A stretch of DNA of 64,000 bases, from positions 576,001 through 640,000 of the forward strand of contig CBDDDZ010000004.1 of assembly GCA_965226795.1 (NCBI GenBank). Direction: 5' to 3'. The stretch is from Candidatus Latescibacterota bacterium (GTDB lineage: Bacteria; Latescibacterota; UBA2968; GCA-2709665). The translations under genes and the position numbers were made by a program. The notes below the pieces were generated by a model. The model had not been told where the DNA came from and ran no database searches. It saw only the letters and a list, made by a program, of their open reading frames with translations. Below, piece by piece: positions 50,603 through 60,129 of the stretch (the stretch's first letter is position 1; each line of letters opens with the position of its first letter).

Positions 50603-51772
50603 ATGGTTGAACTCGCCCTGAAATACGGATGCAACCCACACCAGAAGCCCGCGAGAATATACAACAGGCACGGCACGCTGCCCTTCACCGTGTTGAACGG
50701 CGCGCCCGGCTATATCAACCTGCTCGATGCGCTCAATTCATGGCAGCTTGTAAAGGAACTGAAGCAGACGCTAAGCACACCCGCCGCCGCTTCCTTCAAA
50801 CACGTCAGCCCCGCCGGAGCCGCGGTGGCCGTACCCTTGAACGAAGACCTGAAGAAAGCCTATTTTGTCGAAGATCTGGATCTCTCCCCCCTGGCCGTGG
50901 CATACGCCCGCGCACGGGGCGCCGACCGGCTTTCTTCATATGGCGATTGGGCTGCCCTGAGCGACACGGTGGACGTCGCCACCGCCAGACTTCTGCGCCG
51001 CGAGGTTTCCGACGGCGTGATTGCGCCCGGATATGAACCGGAAGCCCTGGATATATTGAAGCAGAAAAAAGGAGGCGCCTACCCGGTCCTTCAAATCAAT
51101 CCGGATTACAAACCCGTGGAAATGGAGTGCCGGGAGGTATTCGGACTCACCTTTGAGCAGCAATGCAACACCCGGGTCACCGGTCCTGAGATATTGAAAA
51201 ACATCGTTACCCGCAGACAGGACATCCCTCCGGACAAAGCCCGCGATATGCTGGTGGCCACCATTACGCTCAAGTTCACCCAGTCCAACTCCATTTGCTT
51301 CACGTTACAGGGTCAGTCCATCGGCGTAGGCGCGGGCCAGCAAAACCGCCTTGCATGCACGGATCTCGCAGCAAGCAAAGCCGAAGCATGGTTTCTTCGC
51401 CAGCACCCGGCGGTGCTCAATCTGAAGTTCGGAAAGGGTGCCAGGCGGCCCGAAAAGATAAATGCCATCGAACTCTATCTCAAGGGAAACATGACACCCG
51501 AAGAACGAAGCGCCTGGCGGTCTTCATTCCCCAAGGCGCCGCCGCCATTCGGCGATACGGCGAGGCGGGAATGGTTGCAGCGTCTCAAGGGCGTCATACT
51601 GGGCTCCGACGCGTATATTCCCTTCCGCGACAATATCGACCGCGCCGCTCGAACGGGTGTAGAATACGTTATCCAGACCGGTGGTTCCGTGCAGGACGAT
51701 GCGGTGACCGCCGCCGCAGATGAATACGGCATGGTCATGGTCAATACCGGCATCAGGCTCTTTCATCATTAG
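50603..51772 (+). CDS. purH: AICAR transformylase (PurH lacking the N-terminal IMP cyclohydrolase domain)
   Basis: LKYGCNPHQ, GYINLLDA, SFKHVSPAG, GAGQQNR, SDAYIPFRD, RLFHH. Confidence 0.9.
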   Translation: MVELALKYGCNPHQKPARIYNRHGTLPFTVLNGAPGYINLLDALNSWQLVKELKQTLSTPAAASFKHVSPAGAAVAVPLNEDLKKAYFVEDLDLSPLAVAYARARGADRLSSYGDWAALSDTVDVATARLLRREVSDGVIAPGYEPEALDILKQKKGGAYPVLQINPDYKPVEMECREVFGLTFEQQCNTRVTGPEILKNIVTRRQDIPPDKARDMLVATITLKFTQSNSICFTLQGQSIGVGAGQQNRLACTDLAASKAEAWFLRQHPAVLNLKFGKGARRPEKINAIELYLKGNMTPEERSAWRSSFPKAPPPFGDTARREWLQRLKGVILGSDAYIPFRDNIDRAARTGVEYVIQTGGSVQDDAVTAAADEYGMVMVNTGIRLFHH

Positions 51773-51892
51773 TTCGCCGGTTGTTTCCTGCCTGAAAAAC
51801 GGTTTCGTCTCCAGGCGACGGTCTGGAGGTACGCGAGGGAAGCCGAGGTCGTCGCCTGCCTCGAATAACCTGAAAAAAAGTCAAATTTTCCA

Positions 51893-51920
51893 TTGACGAC
51901 CGTGCACCGCGTCTTATATT
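51893..51920 (+). promoter_or_regulatory. Putative sigma70 promoter of the sigma factor gene
   Basis: TTGACG-16 nt-TATATT. Confidence 0.45.
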
Positions 51921-52127
51921 TATCGTTTGACGCAGTTCGATTTTCATAAGTAAAACGACTGTTTTTCGATCCATTGCCGTCGAAAACCGTCGACACGTAC
52001 ACAGTAGCTCAGATTCAGCTCCTGCTATGCGGTGGACGCCGGAAGTGCAGGATGAGTATCAAAAGCTTCTTGATGGATGCATGGGTGTACCTGAAGCATA
52101 CACCAACGCATATGGAGGTGTCCGGAC

Positions 52128-52955
52128 ATGCAATCCAGTGGTTTGGACGGCGACACCAACATTTATCTGCGCGATATCCGAAAATTTACACCGCTCAGCA
52201 GAGAAGATGAGGCCGGTGTGATCGCAGACGCTCAGAAGGGTAACCGTAGAGCCCTCAACCGTCTTATCACCGCCAACCTGCGATTTGTGGTCCGTGTTGC
52301 ACGGGAATATAGCGGACGGGGGTTGCCCCTGTCCGACCTGATTGCCGAGGGCAACCTGGGTCTGATCCGAGCCACAAGGACATTCGATCTTGCTCGTGGG
52401 CACAAATTCATCACTTACGCTGTCTGGTGGATCCGGCAAGCCATACTGTCAGCACTCAATCGGTATGCCCACCCCGTGGTGTTTCCGGTGAATCGGATCG
52501 ACGACCTCGACGCAATCAACAGGTCAAAGAACGCCCTCTCGCAATCGCTGGGCCGACTTCCCGATCTGGGCGAACTGGTTGAGAAAACCGGAATGCCGCT
52601 CAGAAGGCTGCGCCGCGCCCTCGAAGCCAACCGGACGACCGTATCGCTCGACAGCCACACACACGACGGATCCTCGGCAGTTTACGCGGATGCACTTCCG
52701 GCACAGGCCTCCCGCCCGGACGAACAGTTCGAGGATGCCCGGATCAAAAAACTCCTGAAGGAATGCCTGAACCGGTTGCCCCGGCGTGAAGGGCGGATCC
52801 TGAGTCTTTATTTCGGCCTGAACTCGGACAGGCCCGAGCCCCTCGAACGGATTGGCAAACGCCTGCAGATCAGCAGGGAGCGGGTCCGGCAACTCAAAGA
52901 CAGAGCGCTCAACAGGCTCCGACTCAATTTTGCACAGAAAACCCTGATTTCGTAG
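52128..52955 (+). CDS. RpoD/RpoS-like sigma-70 factor without region 1.1
   Basis: ANLRFVV, DLIAEGNLGLI, KFITYAVWWIRQAI, ISRERVRQ. Confidence 0.92.
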   Translation: MQSSGLDGDTNIYLRDIRKFTPLSREDEAGVIADAQKGNRRALNRLITANLRFVVRVAREYSGRGLPLSDLIAEGNLGLIRATRTFDLARGHKFITYAVWWIRQAILSALNRYAHPVVFPVNRIDDLDAINRSKNALSQSLGRLPDLGELVEKTGMPLRRLRRALEANRTTVSLDSHTHDGSSAVYADALPAQASRPDEQFEDARIKKLLKECLNRLPRREGRILSLYFGLNSDRPEPLERIGKRLQISRERVRQLKDRALNRLRLNFAQKTLIS

Positions 52956-52973
52956 ACAGAATGAATCACACCC

Positions 52974-53016
52974 ACAGACAAAGCGGGCGGCCACTCAGGC
53001 CGCCCGCTTTGTCTGT
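52974..53016. terminator. Bidirectional terminator hairpin
   Basis: Perfect 19-bp stem ACAGACAAAGCGGGCGGCC with 5-nt loop between convergent genes. Confidence 0.8.
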
Positions 53017-53052
53017 ACGGATAATATCCGGTTACTGCCCGGAAAAACCCGC

Positions 53053-54228
53053 TCATTTCTTGATCGTTTGCTGCTTCAACAACTGTATCTCCCGTTGGAG
53101 ACGAAGGAATTCCCGGTACAAGGCCTGGTTACCATGCTGCATTGAAAGCTGCGACGAGACCGAAAATGCGTCAAGACCGACTGGTGGAAATTCACTGGAT
53201 TCCACCGAGAGTTCGCCCACCTCGACGCGGGGAGTGTCCGGTTGTTCGCCTCGTTTGACCTTCATTCGAACCTCGGTTCCCGGAGTTGTGGAAAGGACCA
53301 TACTCTGTAAATGCTCGGCGCTTTCCACCTGCCGCTCCTGGAACGAAATTATCAGATCGCCCCTCACGATACCACTCGTCGCCGCAGGTCCGTTGGGCGC
53401 AATACTATCTACGCGCACGCCGTGGTATTCGGGATCGTATTCTCCAGTAACGCCCAGCCATCCGTATACTGTCTGTGAACCATTTAGAAGACGCTGGGCA
53501 ATGCGAATCGCACGGTTGATAGGCACCACGAATACGGTGTTTGGAATCTCCTGTACCATTTGGGCGCCCGGAGCCCCTTCGGGCAAAATACCGGACCACG
53601 GCTCCAACAACGCCCAAACCATGCCCAAAATCTCTCCAGAACTGCAAAATACCGGTGCGCCACCAAAGCTGAGGTGCACCGGTGCCGCGACACGAATCAG
53701 ATCCTGCGTGCGGTCGACATTGTAAACGAAACCAAACGATGGCGTCAGTTTTCCAAAATTGTTACCCAGAATAAATGCATAGTGGCCAATGCGGACCCTG
53801 TCGGAATTCCCGATTGCGATCGGCTGCAGACCTTCCGCTTCAACCCGAATAACCGCCACATCCGAAACCGGATCCGATGCCACGAAACGGGCCTGTAGAC
53901 GACGCCCCGTACCCAGGGTCACCCAGATTTCCTCGGCATCTTTTACAGCACGATGGACGGTTATGATGGTGCCTTTGGAATCCAGGACAAATCCCGTGCC
54001 ATGCATGAAACCCTTACCGTACTGCAGCCCTTCCACCGCCCCCATTTGGGTATAGCTGGCATGAATGCGGACGACGCCGGCCCGGTTCTCTTCCAGAATC
54101 TCTGCTCTCTCTTCTTCGATTCCCTTGAGCACGCTACCGGCGCGGCAATCTGTCGCACCTTGCCCGGCAAACAGTAACCCCATCATTACGGGAACCGTCC
54201 ATAGGGATCTGCACCGTCGTGTTTTCAT
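53053..54228 (-). CDS. HtrA/DegP-like trypsin-PDZ protein, apparently non-catalytic
   Basis: GTGFVLD, DPVSDVAVI, IGNSD, PDZ GWLGV..GPAA..GDLI; GNSGG replaced by SFGGA. Confidence 0.82.
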   Translation of the reverse strand: MKTRRCRSLWTVPVMMGLLFAGQGATDCRAGSVLKGIEEERAEILEENRAGVVRIHASYTQMGAVEGLQYGKGFMHGTGFVLDSKGTIITVHRAVKDAEEIWVTLGTGRRLQARFVASDPVSDVAVIRVEAEGLQPIAIGNSDRVRIGHYAFILGNNFGKLTPSFGFVYNVDRTQDLIRVAAPVHLSFGGAPVFCSSGEILGMVWALLEPWSGILPEGAPGAQMVQEIPNTVFVVPINRAIRIAQRLLNGSQTVYGWLGVTGEYDPEYHGVRVDSIAPNGPAATSGIVRGDLIISFQERQVESAEHLQSMVLSTTPGTEVRMKVKRGEQPDTPRVEVGELSVESSEFPPVGLDAFSVSSQLSMQHGNQALYREFLRLQREIQLLKQQTIKK

Positions 54229-54261
54229 TGTCCGTGTAGACTTTCTCTCCCTGAGGATTCG

Positions 54262-54864
54262 CTAAAAGGACACCCGGCGTAAGTTGGCCAGGTGCCTGCC
54301 CGGCCGCATACGCACCATTGACGCGGCCTTTACGGAATCCGCCCGCCCGGTCCGATAAACCTGTTCTGAAATCGGAAAGGATGTTTTCTGGGACAACATC
54401 TTCAGCGCCCCCCGCCGGTCCGCGGCGGGAAACGGCGAAAACGCGGGCGCAACCACCGTCAGTTGATGCACTCGATCCGTAGTGACCGCGCGTGTCTCCG
54501 GCGCCTCATCCAGTGCCGCGGTCATGCCGAGCGCCATCAGCACAACGGCCGCGGCCGATGCAAGCGCCCTTGGCAGGGTTGGGAAAAATACGTTTGGCAG
54601 CCTGTTCCAGAACGAAGTTTTTTGAGCCGCCTCCATCATCAGCCGGCTCCGAAGCGCAAAATCAAATCCGGCGGAAGGCCGTACACGGGACATCCGGGCC
54701 AGTCGCCGGGTCAGGTTCCTGACGCCTTCCATGGAATTGGCACAGGTGGGACATACTTCCACATGGCGATCCATCTGCGCCCGCTTTGCGCCTGCTACGT
54801 CGTCTTCAAGGTAGGCCGATAATCGGGCCGCAAACTCGCCGCAAGTTATGTGACCCTCACCCAT
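54262..54864 (-). CDS. Zinc-binding (ZAS/zf-HC2) membrane anti-sigma factor
   Basis: HVEVCPTC (HxxxCxxC); one TM segment. Confidence 0.85.
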   Translation of the reverse strand: MGEGHITCGEFAARLSAYLEDDVAGAKRAQMDRHVEVCPTCANSMEGVRNLTRRLARMSRVRPSAGFDFALRSRLMMEAAQKTSFWNRLPNVFFPTLPRALASAAAVVLMALGMTAALDEAPETRAVTTDRVHQLTVVAPAFSPFPAADRRGALKMLSQKTSFPISEQVYRTGRADSVKAASMVRMRPGRHLANLRRVSF

Positions 54865-54930
54865 GAAATTCCTCCAATGGTTCTATTCGATTGCGAATGT
54901 CCGTGCGGTCCGGCAGACGGCGTCACGCTG

Positions 54931-55536
54931 TCAGATCAACAGCCCCACGTCCCTTCCCTCATTCTTCAGCTTTTGCTGCAGTTTCAGACGAGCCCGGTTC
55001 ACGCGAGACTTGACCGTGCCCACCGGACACCGGCTGATTTCTGCAATCTCCTGGTAGGACAGCCCCTCCACGTCCCGAAGCAGGATGACCTGCCGGTAGT
55101 TTTCGGACAACGACATGATGGCCTGATGAATCTGCACATCCGCAATCGAAGATTCGGTAATTCGATCAGGCCGGTAGGACTCGTCCGGTAATTCCATCCC
55201 CGTCTCGTTCTCCTCGTCCCGGTGAAGCGGAAACAGCCGCCAACGTTTTCGACGTCTTAACTCGCTCTTGGCCAGGTTGCCGGCAATTGTAAACAACCAC
55301 GTGGAGAAATTCGCTATCGCCCGATATTCGTTCCGCTTGCGATAAGCCCTGAGAAAAGCCTCCTGAACAATATCCTCGGCTGTCTCCCGGTCTCCGACGA
55401 ATCGAAAAACAAAGTTGTAGAGCCGTCCTCTGTAACGATTTACAATCTTTCCATAGGCTTCAATATCGCCATTCGCAACTTCCGTCAGAATTTCAACATC
55501 CGAAACCGTTCCGCTATCTGTGTTTACCATAAGCAT
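54931..55536 (-). CDS. ECF sigma factor (RpoE/SigW-like)
   Basis: AEDIVQEAF, FSTWLFTIA, LSYQEIA..GTVKSRVNRAR. Confidence 0.93.
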   Translation of the reverse strand: MLMVNTDSGTVSDVEILTEVANGDIEAYGKIVNRYRGRLYNFVFRFVGDRETAEDIVQEAFLRAYRKRNEYRAIANFSTWLFTIAGNLAKSELRRRKRWRLFPLHRDEENETGMELPDESYRPDRITESSIADVQIHQAIMSLSENYRQVILLRDVEGLSYQEIAEISRCPVGTVKSRVNRARLKLQQKLKNEGRDVGLLI

Positions 55537-55617
55537 GGACTTTTCCCCCTTTCACCTGCAACATCCTCGGGAATGGGGTATGCAAAACCCTCAATCCAGA
55601 CGATCACCAAACAGCTA

Positions 55618-55645
55618 TTAAACCCTCTGGTTTGAGAAAAGTTCC
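55618..55645 (-). promoter_or_regulatory. Putative autoregulatory ECF promoter
   Basis: Minus strand GGAACTT-15 nt-GTTTAA, sigmaE-like. Confidence 0.55.
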
Positions 55646-55704
55646 CGAAAAGCAAAAAATCACAACCGGTACGCAATACGCGGCAACTCGCCTTTGCTAA
55701 ACAC

Positions 55705-55973
55705 TTTCAACCGTTTCAAACCGAATGCACACCCGTCGCGTAACCATATATCAATACCTTCAACATCATCGATCTATACCGGATCGGAAGTACAACCGAT
55801 CAAACGACAACGAAATCCAGGAAAGAAAACAGCTGGATTTCCAGGCTCTCGATCCGGTTTCTCGGCTTGACATCGGCCCGGGATGTGGTATAATTATAGC
55901 CGTTCCATCGAGGAATTGCAAGACCTGTTTTACTGACGTCGAATCTGCGGTTTCAACCGTTTCAAACCGAATG
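55705..55973 (+). repeat. 23-bp exact direct repeat flanking the acs promoter
   Basis: TTTCAACCGTTTCAAACCGAATG at 55705-55727 and 55951-55973. Confidence 0.85.
55867..55894 (+). promoter_or_regulatory. Consensus sigma70 promoter for acs
   Basis: TTGACA-16 nt-TATAAT with extended -10 TG. Confidence 0.75.
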
Positions 55974-55985
55974 AAGGGGTCTTCA

Positions 55986-57986
55986 ATGGCTGCACATCCA
56001 GACCGGATTCTCGAACAGGGCGGACGATATTTCCCGCCTCAAGATCTCAGTGGCCGGGCGCATGTCAATAGTTTCGAAGAATACCAGCGGCGTTATCAGG
56101 AATCCATAAAGGACGTCGATGCATTCTGGGCTGACGTAGCAGGAGACTTCCACTGGTTCAGAAAATGGGATAACGTACGTGCATACAACTACAACGTCGA
56201 CGAAGGACCCGTCTACATCAAATGGTTTGAAGGTGCGAAGACCAGCATTGCCTACAATTGCCTCGACCGTCACCTGGAAACACGGGGAGATCAGGTTGCG
56301 ATCATCTGGGAAGGCAATGAACCGGGTGAAGACGGCAGGCTGACGTACCGGGAACTCCACCATCAGGTCTGCAAATTCGCCAACGTGCTTAAGTCTCGAG
56401 GCGTGAGAAAGGGAGACCGCGTTTCCATATATATGCCAATGATCCCCGAACTGGCCATCGCGATGCTCGCCTGCGCCAGGATCGGCGCAATACACTCGAT
56501 CGTTTTCGGCGGCTTTTCCGCGGATGCGCTTGCCGACCGCATTGTCGATTCCACCTGCCAGGTGGTCGTTACGACCGACGGCATGTTTCGAGGCGACAGA
56601 CCGATGGAGCGTAAGGCGTTTGCCGATCACGCCATCGCCAATGCCGACGGACGTATGGATGGCAAAACCGTAGATACCTGCATTGTCGTCCGCCGCGTGG
56701 GCGAACACGCGGGTATTTCCTGCCCCATGAAGGACGGCAGAGACATCTGGTGGCACGAAGCCATGGATACCGCCAGCCCGGATTGTCCGTGTGAAGAGAT
56801 GGACGCGGAAGACCCGCTATACATCCTGTATACGTCGGGGTCCACAGGCAAACCCAAGGGCGTGCAGCACAATGTGGGCGGATATATGGTATACACCGCC
56901 TACACCCACAAAAGCATCTTCGACTATCACAATGGCGACATTTATTTCTGCGCTGCCGATATCGGCTGGGTTACCGGACACTCATATATCATCTACGGTC
57001 CATTGGCGAACGGGGCTACGTCGGTCATGTTCGAAAGCACTCCCCTATATCCCGATCCGGGGCGGTACTGGCAGGTGATCGACAAATACGAAGTCAATCA
57101 GTTCTATACGGCGCCCACGGCGATTCGGGCAGTTGCCAAAGAGGGCGAAGCGTGGCCGGCCAGATACGACCTCTCCTCCCTGAAGCTTCTGGGGACCGTC
57201 GGCGAGCCCATCAACCCGGAAGCCTGGCTCTGGTACCACAACAACGTGGGTCGAGGCCGGTGTCCGATCGTCGACACCTGGTGGCAAACCGAAACCGGCG
57301 GCATCCTCATCACCCCGCTTCCGGGCGCAACCGCCACGAAGCCCGGATCCGCAACCTTTCCCTTCTTCGGCATCAAACCAGTCGTACTCGACCCGGAGTC
57401 GGGCAGTGAACTGGAGGGTAACGACGTCCGGGGCGTCCTCGCCATTGCGGAACCCTGGCCGGGGCAGATGCGCACCGTTTACGGCGACCACCAACGCTTC
57501 GAGGAAACTTACTTCCAGCAATACAAAGGCTATTATTTCACCGGCGACGGCTGCCGCAGGGACGAAGACGGCTATTACTGGATTACCGGCCGGGTGGATG
57601 ACGTCATCAACATCTCCGGGCACCGCATGGGTACGGCCGAGGTCGAATCCGCGCTGGTCTCTCACCAGGGCGTGGCTGAAGCGGCTGTGGTGGGTTTCCC
57701 CCACGAAATCAAGGGTCAGGGAATCTATGCCTACGTAACCCTGAACGTCGGCGTGGAATACATCGATGCGTTGAAGGAAGAACTGAAGGCATGGGTTCGA
57801 AAAGAGATCGGTCCCATCGCCACACCCGACGTGATCCACTGGGCGCCGGGATTGCCCAAAACCCGATCGGGAAAAATTATGCGCCGGATCCTGCGCAAAA
57901 TCGCCGCCGCCGACACCAGTGATATGGGCGACACGTCCACGCTTGCAGAACCGGCGGTTGTGGATCAACTCCTGGAGAATCGGTAG
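55986..57986 (+). CDS. acs: Acetate--CoA ligase
   Basis: [37 protein letters not shown]. Confidence 0.96.
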   Translation: MAAHPDRILEQGGRYFPPQDLSGRAHVNSFEEYQRRYQESIKDVDAFWADVAGDFHWFRKWDNVRAYNYNVDEGPVYIKWFEGAKTSIAYNCLDRHLETRGDQVAIIWEGNEPGEDGRLTYRELHHQVCKFANVLKSRGVRKGDRVSIYMPMIPELAIAMLACARIGAIHSIVFGGFSADALADRIVDSTCQVVVTTDGMFRGDRPMERKAFADHAIANADGRMDGKTVDTCIVVRRVGEHAGISCPMKDGRDIWWHEAMDTASPDCPCEEMDAEDPLYILYTSGSTGKPKGVQHNVGGYMVYTAYTHKSIFDYHNGDIYFCAADIGWVTGHSYIIYGPLANGATSVMFESTPLYPDPGRYWQVIDKYEVNQFYTAPTAIRAVAKEGEAWPARYDLSSLKLLGTVGEPINPEAWLWYHNNVGRGRCPIVDTWWQTETGGILITPLPGATATKPGSATFPFFGIKPVVLDPESGSELEGNDVRGVLAIAEPWPGQMRTVYGDHQRFEETYFQQYKGYYFTGDGCRRDEDGYYWITGRVDDVINISGHRMGTAEVESALVSHQGVAEAAVVGFPHEIKGQGIYAYVTLNVGVEYIDALKEELKAWVRKEIGPIATPDVIHWAPGLPKTRSGKIMRRILRKIAAADTSDMGDTSTLAEPAVVDQLLENR

Positions 57987-58008
57987 GAAAACAGCCAATA
58001 CGCGCTCA

Positions 58009-58046
58009 GTCACGAGGGAGCCGGATGGCTCCCTCGTGACGTTTTT
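58009..58046 (+). terminator. Intrinsic terminator after acs
   Basis: 14-bp stem GTCACGAGGGAGCC/GGCTCCCTCGTGAC followed by GTTTTT. Confidence 0.8.
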
Positions 58047-58068
58047 GTGAGAAGGGCCCCGCCCCGGA

Positions 58069-58776
58069 ATGAACCCCTTGCCCCGGAAATCCCTGCTCCT
58101 GCTCTCCGGCGGCATGGATTCAACGACCCTGCTCTGGTGGATGCGAGACCACAGCATTTCCGAGATTCACACCGTCTCGATCGACTATGGCCAGCGCCAC
58201 GCTATCGAACTCGAATCCAGCGCAACACTCTCCCGGATGGCGGGCGCAACCTCCCACCGTTGTCTCAAAGTCGACCTTCGGCAGATCGGCGGGAATCCGC
58301 TGACGGATACGGGACGTCCGGTTCCCGAAGCGGAACAGGATCGGCAGGCTCTAACCGTTGTCCCGTTCCGCAACATGCTTTTTGTCACGCTGGCTGCCGC
58401 GTGGGCAGAGGTGAAGGGTTGCAAGGATCTCTTTCTCTCGCCGGTACGGGACGACTTTAAAATCTACCGGGACTGCCGTCGCGAATTTTACGATATGCTG
58501 GAGAAGACCCTGTGCCTGGGCGCCACACGGCAGACCGACTACCATATCCATACCCCATTTGTGGAGAAATGGAAGGACGAAGTCGTGAGCACGGGCCTGA
58601 ACCTGGGTGTGCCCTACGCCGAGACCCACACCTGCTACGAAGGCAAACGCCCGGCCTGCGGCCGTTGCGACGCCTGCGTGGAACGCATCGCCGCCTTTCG
58701 CACCAATCGCACCGTCGATCCCCTGGCCTACGAAATCGAAATCGACTGGACAATATCCCACGCACCGCATCAATAG
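58069..58776 (+). CDS. queC: 7-cyano-7-deazaguanine synthase
   Basis: LSGGMDST, DYGQRH, VPFRN, YRDCR, TCY..CGRCDAC. Confidence 0.93.
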   Translation: MNPLPRKSLLLLSGGMDSTTLLWWMRDHSISEIHTVSIDYGQRHAIELESSATLSRMAGATSHRCLKVDLRQIGGNPLTDTGRPVPEAEQDRQALTVVPFRNMLFVTLAAAWAEVKGCKDLFLSPVRDDFKIYRDCRREFYDMLEKTLCLGATRQTDYHIHTPFVEKWKDEVVSTGLNLGVPYAETHTCYEGKRPACGRCDACVERIAAFRTNRTVDPLAYEIEIDWTISHAPHQ

Positions 58777-58806
58777 GCAACTCCGCGCGACGTTCCCCGT
58801 GCCGGA

Positions 58807-59937
58807 CTATGCGTTTTTCAACGCCGTTACGGTGTCGATCAGACGCCGATCCGCATTGTACCGCAGTTGGACAATCTGAACGAGTGTCTCCGGACTGGCG
58901 TCCTTGGCCGTCAACCGATAGACCTCGAGTCTGTCCGCCAACGCGTTCATAACCATGTCGAGCAGGATGACGTCTGATGCATCGTCCTCGACCATACATT
59001 CATCCGCAAGCACACGGCGAACTACCTTCAGGCGGTCCCGCAACGCCTCCTCGTCTATCTCCTCGACCTTGTCTCGACTGACCAGTGGGGTGGAAAGCGT
59101 CGCCAGAAACCCTTCGCTCAGATATTTGCGGGCTTTCTCGTCGGTCCAGGTGTCCGTCAGAATTTCCACGACGGACTGCGGGATCCGCTCTGCCCGCTCC
59201 CGGCTTTCAGCGGTCCCACCGCTTTCGTTCTGCCGGCGCGGCTGCCGGCGCCTTCTCGTTCGGCGATGTTCCTGCGAAGCGCCCCTTGTGGGGGACTCCT
59301 GTGTCGTTTCAGCCGGGGTCTCCACGGGTGCGCCCGCTGCCGCATCGGGCGGTGACGTCGCCGCAGCCTCCGTGGTCTCCGATGATGGCTCCGCAGCGGA
59401 TTCCCTGGTGTTCGCCGGTTCAGGGGGCGTCGCGACTGCTTCCGCCGGTTCCGCCGGTTCAGGGGGCGTCGCGACTGCTTCCGCCGGTTCCGCCGGTTCA
59501 GGGGGCGTCGCGACTGCTTCCGCCGGTTCCGCCGCTTCCACGGTTATCTCAGCCTCTTTCTCGGATTGATTCAGCTGCGTGTCCTCCGCTTGCACGCGTG
59601 TCGTGCGCTTCGTGGGCGTTGTTGAGCCCTGCGCCCGTTTCGCCGGCCGTCGCGATACCACACGCTTCTCCGGAACTTCCGCCGTTTTCTCGGTAGACTG
59701 ACCTGCATCTTCCGGGGCGTCAGCTTCGGGCTTCTCCCTTTTCTCCTCTACCGGCGTGGTTCGTCTACGAGTTGTCCTTTTCGGCTTCTTGCTGGCGCTT
59801 CGGGTACGCTTGGCCGGCCGCCGCGACACCACCCGCCTTTCAGAATCCGTGGAGTCGTCCTTCTTCTCCCCGTCCGGGGCTTCCGACACGGGTTGATCAT
59901 TTTCCCCAGATGGTGGGGAATCCAAAATATCGTCCAT
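58807..59937 (-). CDS. Hypothetical protein: long disordered basic/acidic N-terminus, helical C-terminal domain
   Basis: ATG after GGAGG; RVVSRRPAKR twice, PAEAVATPPEPAE repeats. Confidence 0.65.
   Translation of the reverse strand: MDDILDSPPSGENDQPVSEAPDGEKKDDSTDSERRVVSRRPAKRTRSASKKPKRTTRRRTTPVEEKREKPEADAPEDAGQSTEKTAEVPEKRVVSRRPAKRAQGSTTPTKRTTRVQAEDTQLNQSEKEAEITVEAAEPAEAVATPPEPAEPAEAVATPPEPAEPAEAVATPPEPANTRESAAEPSSETTEAAATSPPDAAAGAPVETPAETTQESPTRGASQEHRRTRRRRQPRRQNESGGTAESRERAERIPQSVVEILTDTWTDEKARKYLSEGFLATLSTPLVSRDKVEEIDEEALRDRLKVVRRVLADECMVEDDASDVILLDMVMNALADRLEVYRLTAKDASPETLVQIVQLRYNADRRLIDTVTALKNA
59413..59534. repeat. 39-bp coding tandem repeat, about 3 copies
   Basis: CGCCGGTTCAGGGGGCGTCGCGACTGCTTCCGCCGGTTC starting at 59413, 59452 and 59491. 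Confidence 0.92.
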
Positions 59938-60068
59938 ATACCTCCGTTCGAGCTGCAGACGACGCACAACAGACCATTTCGTCTCCAACCCACCACAATG
60001 TTGAACCTGCCCGAAAACATCAAGCCGACACACCAATATAAACAAATGTGATCATCGTTTACCAGATG

Positions 60069-60099
60069 AAAAAAGGTCGGCCAGTATCGGCCGACCTTT
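60069..60099 (-). terminator. Intrinsic terminator after groL
   Basis: AAAGGTCGGCC stem followed by T6 on the minus strand. Confidence 0.8.
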
Positions 60100-60129
60100 G
60101 AACTCTAGACGGATATTACGGACAGGGCA

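Noticed and set aside
57987..58068. preQ1 riboswitch before queC
   Set aside because: The spacer is occupied by the acs terminator; no preQ1 consensus seen
44030..58776. queD and queC as a 7-deazaguanine DNA-modification (dpd) island
   Set aside because: The genes are 13 kb apart among housekeeping genes with no dpdA/tgt-like or queE gene nearby; ordinary queuosine synthesis is more likely
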